From NCBI GenBank assembly GCA_963748015.1, contig CAVVHE010000005.1, forward strand, positions 96,001 through 160,000: a stretch of DNA of 64,000 nt, in the 5' to 3' direction. Under the pieces are notes generated by a model. That model saw only the letters and a program-made list of their open reading frames with translations, made no database searches and was not told where the DNA came from. This DNA comes from Terriglobia bacterium (GTDB taxonomy: Bacteria; Acidobacteriota; Polarisedimenticolia; Polarisedimenticolales; JAIQFR01). Positions 12,831 through 24,057 of the stretch are shown piece by piece; position 1 is the stretch's first letter; the number at the start of each line of letters is the position of its first letter. A program made the translations under genes and the position numbers.

Positions 12831-15800
12831 TTAGCGGAGACCCGCCGGATGCGGAAGGCGATTCGCACGCGGTTCCTCGATCACCCGGGCCAGGTAGCGG
12901 CCGGTGTGACTGGCGGCACAACTGGCAATCACTTCAGGGGGGCCCTCGGCCACAATCAGCCCTCCCCCCTCTCCTCCCTCCGGCCCCAGATCAATCACCC
13001 AATCCGCCGCCTTGATCACGTCCAGGTTGTGTTCGATGACAATCAGGGTGTTGCCATACACCCGCAGTTTGAACAACACCTCCAACAGCTTGGACACGTC
13101 ATGGAAATGCAGACCCGTCGTGGGCTCGTCCAGAATGTAAAGGGTCCGACCGGTGGATTTGCGCCCGAGTTCCGCTGCCAGCTTGACCCGTTGCGCCTCC
13201 CCGCCGGACAGTGTGGTGGCCTGCTGGCCCAACCGGATGTAGCCCAACCCCACCTCGGCCAGCACCAGACAGGGATCATGAATCTGCGGCACCGCGCGGA
13301 AGAAGGTCACCGCCTCGTCCACCGTCAGGTCCAGGACGTCCGCGATGTTCTTGCCTTTGTAGGCGATTTCGAGGGTCTCACGGCTGTAGCGCCGGCCACC
13401 GCAGGCCTCGCAGGTCACATACACCGGCGGCAGGAAATGCATCTCGATCTTGATCAAACCGTCGCCCTGACACTTTTCGCAACGTCCGCCCCGCAGATTG
13501 AAACTGAAACGGCCTGCGTCATACCCCCGGACCCGGGCCGCCGGCAACCGGGCGAACAGGTCGCGGATCGAGTTGAAGATGCCGGTGTAGGTCGCCGGAT
13601 TGCTGCGCGGGGTGCGGCCAATGGGCGACTGGTCAATGACAATCACCTTCTCGAACCCTTCGTATCCGAGCAGGGCGCGATGTTTGCCCGGGTTGTCCTT
13701 GGATCCGTAGAAGCGCCGGAACAGCGTGCGCCGCAGCACATCGTCCACCAGCGTGCTCTTGCCCGACCCGCTGACTCCGGTAATGCACGTGAAGGTCCCG
13801 ATGGGAATCCGGACGTCAATCGTCTTCAAATTGTTCTCAGCCGCCCCCAGGATCTCGATCCAGCCGCGCTCAGCCTTGGGCTGCACCCGTTGTGCCGGCA
13901 CCGGGACGCAAAGATCACCACTGAGATAACGCCCGGTCAGGGAACGAGGTTCGGCCAGGATGTCCGCCAGACTGCCCTGCGCAACAATCTCACCGCCGTG
14001 CACCCCGGCCCCGGGCCCCAAGTCAATCACATGGTCCGCTTGCCGGATGGTGTCCGCGTCGTGCTCGACGACAATCACCGAATTGCCCAGATCCCGCAGT
14101 CCCTTGAGGACCTCGAGCAGGCGATCGTTGTCCCGTTGATGCAGGCCGATGCTTGGTTCGTCCAGAATGTAGAGCACACCCGCCAGGCCCGCGCCGATCT
14201 GGGTGGCCAACCGGATGCGCTGAGCCTCGCCGCCGCTCAAGGTGCCGCTCTCGCGGTTGAGGGTCAGATAGCCCAACCCCACCTTCTGCAGGAACCCGAG
14301 CCGGGCCCGGACTTCCCGCACCAGGTCCCGCGCCACCTTTTCCTCGAACGGCGTCAATTGGAGTTCTTCGAAGAACCGCGCCGCCGCGTCCACCGACAAC
14401 CCGCACACGTCCATGATGGAAAGGCCCGGAATGCTTGAACGCGAAGCGGGGAGCGCGGAGTGCGGAGTGGATTCCGCGTTCCGCGTTGCGCGTTCCGCGC
14501 CTCCGACCGTTACGGTTAGGATTTCCGGCTTCAACCGCTTCCCCTGGCAGGCGTCGCAGAACCGGGGGCTCATGCAAGCCTTGAGGCGCTTGCGCGTGAA
14601 CTCGCTCTCGCTCTCCACATACAGCCTCTCGAGGTTCGGGATCACCCCCTCAAATGGCTTGGTCAGTTTGCTGGTCTTGCCGGCGCGCCAGAGGTTGAAG
14701 CTGATCTCGGTGTCGCCGGACCCGTGCAGCACAACCCGCCGGAAGTCTTCGGGCAAGTCCTTCCAAGGCTTCTCCACATCCTGCCCGTAATGCGCCGCCA
14801 CGCCCCGCAACATCGCCCGGTAATAGATGATCATCCGCTTGCCGCCGCGGCGCCACGGCTGGATGGCGCCCCCTTCCAGTGACTTCTCCGGGTCCGGCAC
14901 CACCAAGGCCTCGTCAAACACCATCTTCTGCCCCAGCCCGTGACACACCGGACAAGCCCCGCTTGGGGAGTTGAAGGAAAAATGCTTGAGCGTCAGCGGT
15001 TCGAAACTCCGCCCGGTCACCGGGCTATACATCCGGTTGCTGTGAACCGATTCGGTCCAACTCTCGGAGCGCGGAGCGCGGAGCGCGGAGCGCGGAGTGG
15101 CGGCACCTTGGTCGCCGAACTGGTGCAGAGTGCGGAAGACGCCTTCCCCCAGCTTCAAGGCGGTTTCCACCGAATCCGCCAGGCGCGTCCGAACCTTGGG
15201 CTCGATGACAATCCGGTCCACAACGGCTTCAATGGTGTGCTTCTGTTTCGGGTCCAGCTTGATGCGGGTGTCGGCGGCCAGTTCCAGCAACTGACCGTCC
15301 ACCCGCGCCCGCACAAACCCATCCCGGGCCAACCGCTCGATGACATCGCGAAACTCGCCCTTCGCCTGATCCACTACCGGCGCCAGAATCATCAGGCGCG
15401 TCCGCTCCGGCAACGCCATGAGTTCGTCCACGATCTCCGTGGTGGACCGCGCCGAGATGGGCACCCCGCTGTCCGGGCAATGCGGACGCCCCAGATGCAC
15501 GTAAAGCAGGCGCAGGTAATCGTAGATCTCCGTGGTCGTGGCAATGATCGAGCGGGGACTCGATCCCGAGGAATGCTGCTCGATGGCGATGGCCGGAGAA
15601 AGCCCCTCGATGAAATCCACGTCGGGCTTTTTCAACTGGTCCAGGAACTGGCGCGCGTAGGCCGACAGACTCTCCACATACTTGCGTTGCCCCTCGGCAA
15701 ACAGGGTGTCAAATGCCAGGGACGACTTGCCCGAACCGCTCAGGCCGGTGATGACCACCAACCGCTCGCGCGGAATCGAGAGCGTGAGGTTCTTCAGGTT

Positions 15801-15842
15801 GTGCTCCCGCACGCCGCCAATCTTGATGCATCGCTGATCCAT
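12831..15842 (-). CDS. uvrA: Excinuclease ABC subunit A
   Basis: GLSGSGKSS and GVSGSGKST Walker A motifs, two LSGGEAQR signatures, Zn fingers. Confidence 0.98.
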   Translation of the reverse strand: MDQRCIKIGGVREHNLKNLTLSIPRERLVVITGLSGSGKSSLAFDTLFAEGQRKYVESLSAYARQFLDQLKKPDVDFIEGLSPAIAIEQHSSGSSPRSIIATTTEIYDYLRLLYVHLGRPHCPDSGVPISARSTTEIVDELMALPERTRLMILAPVVDQAKGEFRDVIERLARDGFVRARVDGQLLELAADTRIKLDPKQKHTIEAVVDRIVIEPKVRTRLADSVETALKLGEGVFRTLHQFGDQGAATPRSALRAPRSESWTESVHSNRMYSPVTGRSFEPLTLKHFSFNSPSGACPVCHGLGQKMVFDEALVVPDPEKSLEGGAIQPWRRGGKRMIIYYRAMLRGVAAHYGQDVEKPWKDLPEDFRRVVLHGSGDTEISFNLWRAGKTSKLTKPFEGVIPNLERLYVESESEFTRKRLKACMSPRFCDACQGKRLKPEILTVTVGGAERATRNAESTPHSALPASRSSIPGLSIMDVCGLSVDAAARFFEELQLTPFEEKVARDLVREVRARLGFLQKVGLGYLTLNRESGTLSGGEAQRIRLATQIGAGLAGVLYILDEPSIGLHQRDNDRLLEVLKGLRDLGNSVIVVEHDADTIRQADHVIDLGPGAGVHGGEIVAQGSLADILAEPRSLTGRYLSGDLCVPVPAQRVQPKAERGWIEILGAAENNLKTIDVRIPIGTFTCITGVSGSGKSTLVDDVLRRTLFRRFYGSKDNPGKHRALLGYEGFEKVIVIDQSPIGRTPRSNPATYTGIFNSIRDLFARLPAARVRGYDAGRFSFNLRGGRCEKCQGDGLIKIEMHFLPPVYVTCEACGGRRYSRETLEIAYKGKNIADVLDLTVDEAVTFFRAVPQIHDPCLVLAEVGLGYIRLGQQATTLSGGEAQRVKLAAELGRKSTGRTLYILDEPTTGLHFHDVSKLLEVLFKLRVYGNTLIVIEHNLDVIKAADWVIDLGPEGGEGGGLIVAEGPPEVIASCAASHTGRYLARVIEEPRANRLPHPAGLR
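14440..14500. repeat. Opposed heptamer arrays (gcggagt / ccgcgtt) inside uvrA
   Basis: Encodes AERATRNAESTPHSALPASR. Confidence 0.75.
15065..15099. repeat. (cggagcg)x5 inside uvrA
   Basis: Encodes TPRSALRAPRS. Confidence 0.9.
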
Positions 15843-16062
15843 GACTGCCAATCCTGCCATCCAGGCAAAAGCCGAGCATGCCCGCGGTCGTTCGGGAAGG
15901 AAAGCCCGCGAAGGGGCCGGATGAAGGCGGCGCGTGCATCTCAGTCTCTTGCCGCGCAGGAAAGGCGCAACGCCGAACCCAACCCGAAGCCCGATCTCCG
16001 AACTCCGATCTCCGAACCAAGCCCGAATTTGACTATATCCGCGGCGCAACTAGACTCTCCCC

Positions 16063-16455
16063 GTGACGCTGCTCCGGAAGATTGCGTTGGTGTTGCTGGT
16101 GGCCCTCTGGGTGCCCGCCACGTCCCATTGCCTTCTGGTGGCGCTCTCCGGCCTGGAATCGCCGGCGTGTTGTTCCGAAATCAAGACGGATTCAAGCGAG
16201 CCGCACGACAGCGACTGCAGCACGGACGGGTGTGCTGGCGTGGAATCCGGCCGCTACAAGACCGAACACAGCCGGCTCGCAGCTCCACAACCTCTGATGA
16301 CCCTCGTGCTGTTTGACGCTCCGGCTCTGGACGACCGGCCTTCCATCCTGCCGTCGGCCGGGGAGGCTTCTGATCCGTTGCCGACGTTCGTCACCGCGGT
16401 CCAGTTCCAGACACGCACCGCCTTGCCCGCTCGCGCTCCCGACGCGATCCTCTGA
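16063..16455 (+). CDS. Small exported Cys/His-rich protein preceding a metal efflux operon
   Basis: Signal peptide, SHC, CC, HDSDC..GC..VESG, C-terminal ARAP. Confidence 0.6.
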   Translation: MTLLRKIALVLLVALWVPATSHCLLVALSGLESPACCSEIKTDSSEPHDSDCSTDGCAGVESGRYKTEHSRLAAPQPLMTLVLFDAPALDDRPSILPSAGEASDPLPTFVTAVQFQTRTALPARAPDAIL

Positions 16456-16556
16456 GTTCGGTTGTCACCGCCCTGCCGGTGACCGTCGACTCCCTCCTGA
16501 TGGTCGCGGCACTGGACGTGCCGCTTGCAACTCACTTTCGATGGAACCCATGGTCT

Positions 16557-17978
16557 ATGCGCAGACAGAACAGCTCAGGTCAAACAGCAGAATTGATTGT
16601 CGATGAGACAGGGCGTGGATGCTCCGGTGCCTGGGCCACGTACAGCGCGGTCCTACCGATCCGGGAATCGTTTTGGGGACAGGGCCGATCCTTCGTAACG
16701 CTTGTCCTGATCATGGTGACGATTGCGCGGATGGCCGCCGCACCCGCGGCCAACAACAACCAACCCCTTTCCATCAACACGTCCACCCCTCTGACGCTGG
16801 AAGCCGCGATCCTGATTGCATGGACCGACAACCCGAACCTGAAAGCTGCGGCGGCGAATGTCGAAGCCGCCGTGGGTCGGGCCTGGCAGCTCGGGCGTTG
16901 GTCGAATCCCGAATTGGGTCTGGCCATCGAGGAATGGCCAGTCAGCACCGGCGGGGCATTTTCGGATGCCAAACAAACCATCGGCATCAGTCAGCAACTC
17001 CCATGGCCGGGCAAAAAGCGCCACGACCGCGCTCTCGGACAAGCCGGCCTGCGGCGCAGCCAGTCCGAACTGGCCCTGCTCAAGACGGAGGTGACCCGCG
17101 ATGTCAAAGCTGCATTCTATCGCGTCCTGGCCGCCCAAGCCTCGATCGAGGCCGGCGAAGAACTGCTGCGCATCGCCCAATCCTCCGCCGACGCTGCCCG
17201 CAAGCGCGTCGAGTCGGGTGCGACGCCCTATCAGGAGGAGTTGCGCGCCGAGATTCAACTGGCCCAAGCCCGCAACGAGGTCGCCGACCTCCGCCTGGAA
17301 GCTGCCGCCGCACGACATTCCCTCTTCACCCTGCTGGGCCGGCCGGACCTGTCGGGCATCGCAGTCGCCGGTTCCCTGTCGAACGCGAACGAAGAGTCGT
17401 GGCTTGAACTTGATCCGGAGCAATGGCAGGAGCGCCATCCCAGTTTCATCGCGGCCGCGGCGCGACTGCACCAGGCCGAAGCGGCGGCGCGGAGGGCGCG
17501 TTTGGAAGCCTATCCCGATATTACCGCCGGAGTGGATGGGGGCCGCCTCGGCGAAACCGACGCCTCCATTGTCGAGTTCGCGCTTTCCATCCCGCTGCCC
17601 GTCCTTGATTCCTCGAAAGGACGCAAGGCCGAGGCCGCTGCGGACGTCGTGAGCGCACGCGCGGAGATCGAAGCGGTCGGGCAGGCGCTGCATCGGGAGT
17701 GGAACAAGGCCATGCACCGCTACCGCACGGCCGGCGAACAAGTGGCCTCCTACCGCGACCAGGTCCTGCCGAAATCCCGGGAGGCACTGCGACTGGTGCA
17801 AACCGGCTTCGAGGAAGGCAAGTTTGGTTTCATCGATCTGATCGACATCCAACGCACCTTTGCGGAATCGCAACTGGCCTACCAGCAGAAGCTCCTGAAT
17901 CTCAACGTCGCCCGGGCCGAGTTGGAGGCGTTGACGCAACCTTGCCCCGTTGCAGCCCCCGCTAGAACCAAAGATTGA
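16557..17978 (+). CDS. TolC-family outer membrane factor (CzcC-like); start uncertain
   Basis: LTLEAAI..NPNL, SNPEL, ISQQLPWPGK, GFEEGKFGFIDLIDIQR. Confidence 0.9.
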   Translation: MRRQNSSGQTAELIVDETGRGCSGAWATYSAVLPIRESFWGQGRSFVTLVLIMVTIARMAAAPAANNNQPLSINTSTPLTLEAAILIAWTDNPNLKAAAANVEAAVGRAWQLGRWSNPELGLAIEEWPVSTGGAFSDAKQTIGISQQLPWPGKKRHDRALGQAGLRRSQSELALLKTEVTRDVKAAFYRVLAAQASIEAGEELLRIAQSSADAARKRVESGATPYQEELRAEIQLAQARNEVADLRLEAAAARHSLFTLLGRPDLSGIAVAGSLSNANEESWLELDPEQWQERHPSFIAAAARLHQAEAAARRARLEAYPDITAGVDGGRLGETDASIVEFALSIPLPVLDSSKGRKAEAAADVVSARAEIEAVGQALHREWNKAMHRYRTAGEQVASYRDQVLPKSREALRLVQTGFEEGKFGFIDLIDIQRTFAESQLAYQQKLLNLNVARAELEALTQPCPVAAPARTKD

Positions 17979-17984
17979 CCCGAT

Positions 17985-19523
17985 ATGAAACCCGCTTCCA
18001 CACGACAGTCAGAGTCCGAAGCACGAAGCCCGAAGCCCGAAAGAGTTCCGAAGCCCGAAAACCGAATCGGGCGCAAACCACCACTCGGCGGAGCAACGGT
18101 TGAGGATCCGACAGACAACGTCCCGTGCGGACCGGGATATCGGGCATGGTCTTTCGGCCCCCGGATTCCCGTGTTCCTTCGATCTTCGGTCCCCGGTCTT
18201 CGGGTTTTCAGCGCCGCCGCTGCATCGGGGACGAAGAGCCGGAAACCATCGTTCAAGTGCCTGGCCACGACTGTCCTGCTGAGCACCGTCATTGCCGTTG
18301 CAACCGGTTGCTCGGACCCTGCGTCACGGGACGCCGATCGAGAACATGCCGTGCATGACGGCGCGGGGCATGACCACGGCACTCCTGATTCCGGGGAAAC
18401 CAACTCCCCGGCCATGTGCAGTGAACACCGGGTAGCGGAAGCCGAATGCGGCATCTGCAATCCGCACCTCATTGAGAGCCTCGCGCCGGGCCAGGGACTC
18501 AAGGTGCGAATGCCCGCACCCGGATCCGCGGCGGCCGCCGGCATCGAAACCGCCCGACCCCGCCCTGCCGCCCTGGGAGATTCTGTCGAGTGCCTGGCCA
18601 CACTGGCGTTCAACCAGAACAAACTGGCCCGGGTCGTGGCACCGGTGGGTGGGTTCCTGCATGAGGTCACCACCGACCTCGGTCAACACGTGCGGGAGGG
18701 CCAGACCCTGGCCAAACTGTGGTCGGCCACCATCGCCGAAGCCATCGCCAAGGCCGTTCTCACCCACCAAACCCTCGACCGCGAACGCCGGCTGCGCGTG
18801 GAACGGGTCACCTCGGAGCAGGATCTGCAGCAAGCCGAAGCGGAACATCGCGCCGCCTGCCAACAGTTGCGCACCTTCGGCTTCACCGAAGCGCAAATCG
18901 ACGCGCTGAGCCGGTCCCCGCAGGAATCGGTGCTGCTGGAAGTGCGCGCACCGTTCGACGGTGAGATCGTCGAGCGTGATGCGGTGCGGGGCGCGCTGGT
19001 CGAGCCCGGCAAACCGTTGTTCACGGTCGCAGACCGCTCGGTGATGTGGGCGGAGCTGAGCGTGCCCGAATCCGCGCTGGCGCTCGTGCAAACCGGTCAG
19101 GTGGTGGAAATCTCGATCGAGGCCCTGCCGGGGCGCACCTTTGTCGGACATCTCACCTGGATTGCGCCGGCCGTTGACGAACGCACCCGCATGGCCCGGG
19201 CACGCGCCGAGATTCCCAATCCGGACGGACGCCTCCGAGCCGGCCTGTTTGTGAGGGCCCGGATTCTTTCCTCGTCGGCACAGCACTCGATGGCGGTGCC
19301 CTCGGCCGGGGTGCAGTTCGTGGGGACCCAGCCGCTGGTGTTCGTGAAGCTGGAGGAAGATCTCTATGAAGCCCGTGCGGTCGAACTGGGACCGGAACGG
19401 GACCAGCTCCGGGCCATCCGCCGCGGTTTGCAGCCCCACGAAGATGTGGCTGTCTGCCAGGTGTTCGCCTTGAAATCCCAACTGCTGTTGTCCCGGCTCG
19501 GCGCCGGCTGCGCCCATGAATAG
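17985..19523 (+). CDS. RND periplasmic adaptor (CzcB/CusB-like); true start probably near 18250
   Basis: Lipobox VATGC, His-rich linker, CSEH..ECGICNP, VRAPFDGEIVE; the first ~90 codons are heptamer repeats. Confidence 0.9.
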   Translation: MKPASTRQSESEARSPKPERVPKPENRIGRKPPLGGATVEDPTDNVPCGPGYRAWSFGPRIPVFLRSSVPGLRVFSAAAASGTKSRKPSFKCLATTVLLSTVIAVATGCSDPASRDADREHAVHDGAGHDHGTPDSGETNSPAMCSEHRVAEAECGICNPHLIESLAPGQGLKVRMPAPGSAAAAGIETARPRPAALGDSVECLATLAFNQNKLARVVAPVGGFLHEVTTDLGQHVREGQTLAKLWSATIAEAIAKAVLTHQTLDRERRLRVERVTSEQDLQQAEAEHRAACQQLRTFGFTEAQIDALSRSPQESVLLEVRAPFDGEIVERDAVRGALVEPGKPLFTVADRSVMWAELSVPESALALVQTGQVVEISIEALPGRTFVGHLTWIAPAVDERTRMARARAEIPNPDGRLRAGLFVRARILSSSAQHSMAVPSAGVQFVGTQPLVFVKLEEDLYEARAVELGPERDQLRAIRRGLQPHEDVAVCQVFALKSQLLLSRLGAGCAHE

Positions 19524-19529
19524 TTCCAG

Positions 19530-22500
19530 ATGCTGAACACCCTCATCACCTTCTCACTGCGCAACCGCCTGCTGGTCTGCGTGCTCACGGCGGTGCTGGT
19601 CCTGCTCGGGACACGCGCCTTGCTCCATTTGCCCGTGGACGCCTTCCCGGACACCACCCCCGTCCAAGTGCAGATCAACACCCGCGTCCCCACGCTCAAC
19701 GCCTTCGAAGTCGAACAGCAGGTCACGCTGCCTGTGGAACTCGCGGTCACCGGATTGCCCGGCCTGGCCAACCTGAGGTCGGTGTCCAAGTTCGGCCTGT
19801 CCCAGGTCGTGGCCACGTTCGACGACGACACCGGCATCTACCTGGCCCGCCAGCTCATCATGGAACGGCTGCAGGGGGTGGAACTCCCCGAGGACGTGGT
19901 GCGCCCCGAGTTGGGACCCATCTCATCGGGTCTGGGCGAGGTGTTCCATTACATCGTGCGGTCGGACGACACGAACCGGTCCCTGACCGACCTGCGGGAG
20001 TGGCACGACTGGGTCATCAAGCCCGAGCTGCTCAAGGTGCCGGGCGTCGCCGAGGTCAATTCCTGGGGCGGTTACAAGAAGCAGTTCGAGGTGGTGACTG
20101 ATCCGGACCGGCTGGTTGAGTACCGCCTCACCTTCGAAGACCTCGTGGCCGCCCTCGAAGCCAACAACGCCAATGTCGGCGGCGGCCAGATCGTGCGCGG
20201 GGGCGAATCCCTGCTGGTGCACGGCGTCGGGTTGGTGACCGACACCCGGCAGATCGGCGAGATCGTGATCGCCGCGCACGACGGCCTGCCCGTCCGCGTG
20301 CGCGACGTGGCCGAAGTGAAAGTCGGGCACGAGATCCGACAGGGTGCGGTGACAGCCGGGGGCCGGGGGAAGCGGTGCTGGGGTTGGGTTTCATGTTGAT
20401 GGGCGAAAACAGCGCCGTGGTGACCCATGCGCTGAGGGAGAAACTGGACCAGGTTCGCCCGAGCCTTCCCACCGATGTGCGGGTGGAGGTGCTCTATGAC
20501 CGCACAGAGCTGGTCGCCAAGGTCATCCGCACCGTGCAACACAACCTGCTGGCCGGCGCGCTGCTGGTGATCGCCGTGTTGTTCGCGTTCCTCGGGAGCC
20601 TCCGCGCCGGCCTGATCGTGGCGCTGGGCATCCCACTGTCCATGCTGTTCGCGGGCAATCTGATGATGGAAGCCGGCATCGCCGCCAGCTTGCTCAGCCT
20701 GGGCGCCATCGATTTCGGACTGATCGTGGACAGCTCGGTGATCATGGTGGAGAACTGCGCCCGGCACGCCAGCCGGCGCGGCAACAAGCCCTGGCAGGAT
20801 ACCATCCGGGACGCCGCCATCGAGGTGCGCAAACCCACGTTGTTCGGGGAACTCATCATCCTGATCGTCTTCCTGCCCATCCTTACGCTGGAAGGCATCG
20901 AGGGCAAACTGTTCCGGCCCATGGCCCTGACCATGATCTTCGCCCTGCTCGGATCGCTGCTGATTTCGCTGACCCTGATGCCGGTGCTGGCCAGCCTGCT
21001 GTTGCCCCGTGATCTCAAAGAGCGCGATCCCTGGTTGGTGCGACTGGCGCAACGAGCCTATTCACCCGTGCTCACCTTCGCCCTGCAACACCGGGCCTTG
21101 ATCCTCATCCTGACCCTGGCGCTGGTGGGCGGTGCCGCCGGGCTGGCCACACGAATGGGGGGCGAATTCCTGCCCAAGCTCGGCGAACAAGCCCTCGCCG
21201 TCAGCACCGTCCGGCTGGCCGGCATCTCGGTCGAGGAAGCCGTCGCCTGGAACCACCGCATCGAACGCGTCCTGCTCGAACGGTTCCCCGACGAGATTGC
21301 GCGCCTCTGGACCCGCCTGGGCACGGCGGAAGTGGCAACCGACCCCATGGGCATTGAACTCTCGGACTTCTTCATCGCGCTGAAGCCGCGATCCCAGTGG
21401 ACCCGGGCCCGGACGCAGCCGGAGCTGGTCGAGGCCATGCGGGAAGTCTTCAAGGAACAACCCGGCATGACGGCGGCGTTCAGCCAGCCCATCGAGATGC
21501 GCATGAACGAAATGATCGCCGGCGTACGGGGCGATGTGGCCGTGAAGATCTACGGCGACGATCTCGAAACGCTCGCCGATCTCGACTCCCAAGTGCAGGG
21601 CATCCTCGGGGAAACACCCGGGGCAAGCGAGGTGGCCGGCGAACAACTCACCGGCCAGCCCGTGCTGCGCGTGGAGATCGATTCCGACGCCATCGCCCGG
21701 TTCGGACTGCCCCGACAGCAGGTGCTGAATCTCGTCGAAGCGGTCGGCGCCAAACGGGTGGGCGAAATCCGCGAAGGCCAGCGCCGATTCCCGCTCGTTG
21801 TGCGATTGCCCGACCGGCAGCGCACCGATCCCGAGGCGCTCGCCCAAACACTGATCCCCACCGCCTCCGGGCCCGTCCTGCCGTTGAACCGCGTCGCCCG
21901 GGTGGTGGAATCGGAGGGCCCGGCCGCCATCAACCGCGAGTGGGCCCGGCGCCGCGTGACGGTGCAGTGCAACGTGCGGGACCGGGATGTGGCGGGTTTT
22001 GTGGCCGAGGCGAAGGCGCGCATCGCCCGCGAGGTCCGCCTCCCGGTGGGCTACACCATCGAGTGGGGCGGCCAGTTTGAGAATATGGAACGGGCCAACC
22101 AAAGCCTGATGCTCGTCGTGCCCCTCGCGCTGGGTCTGATCGTTGTCCTGCTCTACTTCAGCCTCAGATTACTGCGCGACGTGATCATCGTCGCCACCGG
22201 CATTCCCCTCGGGGCCGTCGGCGGCGTGCTGGCGCTGTGGTCGCGTGGGATGCCCTTCACCGTGAGCGCCGCGATTGGCTTTGTCGCACTCAGCGGGGTG
22301 GCCATCCTCAATGGTTTGGTGCTGGTCACATTTATCAAACAGAAACTCGAGGCCGGCGCCCCCCTCATGGAGGCCGTGCGGGAGGGTTGCCTGGTGCGCT
22401 TGCGCCCCGTGCTCATGACCGCCCTGGTCGCCGCCGCCGGATTCCTGCCCATGGCCGTAAACGTCGGCGTGGGCGGCGAAGTGCAACGTCCGTTGGCGAC

Positions 22501-22630
22501 CGTCGTCATCGGCGGCATCGTCACCAACACCCTCCTCACCCTCCTGGTCCTCCCCACCCTCTACACCACCTTCCGACCATCCAAACGGCGAAACCTGATA
22601 CAGCATCGGGTCCTTTCAGCAGGAATATGA
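19530..22630 (+). CDS. czcA: CusA/CzcA heavy-metal RND permease, frameshift near 20365
   Basis: LPVDAFPDTTPVQVQINT, SLGAIDFGLIVD, RLRPVLMTA, GEVQRPLATVVIGG. Confidence 0.93.
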
Positions 22631-22793
22631 TCCGCCTCAGCGCGTCCAGTTGGCCGCTCCCATGTCTGGACGTTGGAAATCATCCCTGGGTTGCTCCCGG
22701 GCAGAGTGCTTCCACACGCGGAGAAGGATCCCTCCTGGGCGGGTTGGGCGGTTTGTTGGACGCCGACAACCCGTAAGCAGCCACGGGCCCGGC

Positions 22794-23321
22794 TCACCCT
22801 TCCGCCGGCTTCACAAAACTGAGGTCGACAATCAGGTCTGAAGCGATTCGTTCCAACTCGCTTTGGATCGCATCGGGATCACAGCCCGCAGGCAGGAGGA
22901 CCTTGGCACGGGCCTTGAACAGAGGTTCGCCCGACATCGCAGCGCTGGAGACTTCCGACGAGAGATCCTCGACATTCACCCCATGCCGGGCCAGGGCGTG
23001 TGAGATCTGACGGACGATCCCAGGTCGGTCGTGGCCCACAACCTCCAGGAGGCGCAACTCGCCCGCAATCGACTTGCGGCTGGGATCCTCGTGGACCACC
23101 ACCTTCAGGCCAGCGGTCTCGATCGCCCGCAGCGATTCCAGGAAGGCTGCTTTCCGTCCCTCGGGCAGCTCGATTCGCAGGATCCCTGCAAATTGGCCGC
23201 CCAGGCGTGACATCCGGCTCTCGAGCCAGTTGCCTTCGTGGTCAGCAATCACGCCCGCAAGGGCATCCACCAAGCCGGGCCGGTCAGTGGCCATCACGGT
23301 CATTACCAAGGAAGTGAGCAT
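22794..23321 (-). CDS. Double ACT-domain protein (GcvR-like)
   Basis: DRPGLV..NWLESRM and GHDRPGIV. Confidence 0.85.
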   Translation of the reverse strand: MLTSLVMTVMATDRPGLVDALAGVIADHEGNWLESRMSRLGGQFAGILRIELPEGRKAAFLESLRAIETAGLKVVVHEDPSRKSIAGELRLLEVVGHDRPGIVRQISHALARHGVNVEDLSSEVSSAAMSGEPLFKARAKVLLPAGCDPDAIQSELERIASDLIVDLSFVKPAEG

Positions 23322-23496
23322 GCCGTCCTGCTACGCCGGCACCGCCCATCGCGCAAGGCGAATCTGTCCCCGCCCGTTGCCACTTGCATTCATTCAGCCG
23401 GGCAGCGAACAGGGCGTGCAGCCCACTCTTCTAAAGGTGCGTGCGAACTTGGCTCCAGTTGGAGACGAATTCAGGCCCCCCTGAACTGGCATGTTG

Positions 23497-24057
23497 CTAT
23501 TCTCCAATCCAAACCAGCGTGCCCATCGGGAGTCGATCGAACAGGGGCAGGAGATCGGAAGCGGCGACGTGAATGCAGCCGGAAGAGGCAGGCCGACCGA
23601 GGGTGGTCTCGTCCCCAAACCCGTGAATGTAAATGTAGCGCCGGAAGGAATCCTTGGACCCGCCGCGATTCAGCCCGGGTTCAAGCCCTTCGAGCCAGAG
23701 GATGCGATGACAGATCGCGGCATCGGGCATTCCTTGTCGTGTGATCCCGACCGCGCGCCGGCCCCGGAAGACCGTGCCGATGGGGTGGCCTGCGCCGATC
23801 TTGCGCGCGACGCGATGCAATCCGAGCGGGGTTCGGAACGAGCCCTCCTGCTGTCCCGTCCCGTGCTTCGAGGTGGAGATTCGGAACCGGCGCTTGAGAC
23901 GGATCAACCCGGCCGGATCGATTTCGCACTCTGCCATTCGCTGATGGCGAATGCTGACGAGGAGAATGGACCGGGGGGGCCGGCCTGCCCATTGTCTGAG
24001 CGCCAGACGGAGCGCGGGCGACACCCGAGGGGCGCGGGCAGACGCGGCTCTGCTCAT
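23497..24057 (-). CDS. L,D-transpeptidase (YkuD-like)
   Basis: YIYIHG..GRPASSGCI. Confidence 0.88.
   Translation of the reverse strand: MSRAASARAPRVSPALRLALRQWAGRPPRSILLVSIRHQRMAECEIDPAGLIRLKRRFRISTSKHGTGQQEGSFRTPLGLHRVARKIGAGHPIGTVFRGRRAVGITRQGMPDAAICHRILWLEGLEPGLNRGGSKDSFRRYIYIHGFGDETTLGRPASSGCIHVAASDLLPLFDRLPMGTLVWIGE

Noticed and set aside
15843..16062. LexA box upstream of uvrA
   Set aside because: No TGTTC-N4-GAACA match found by eye
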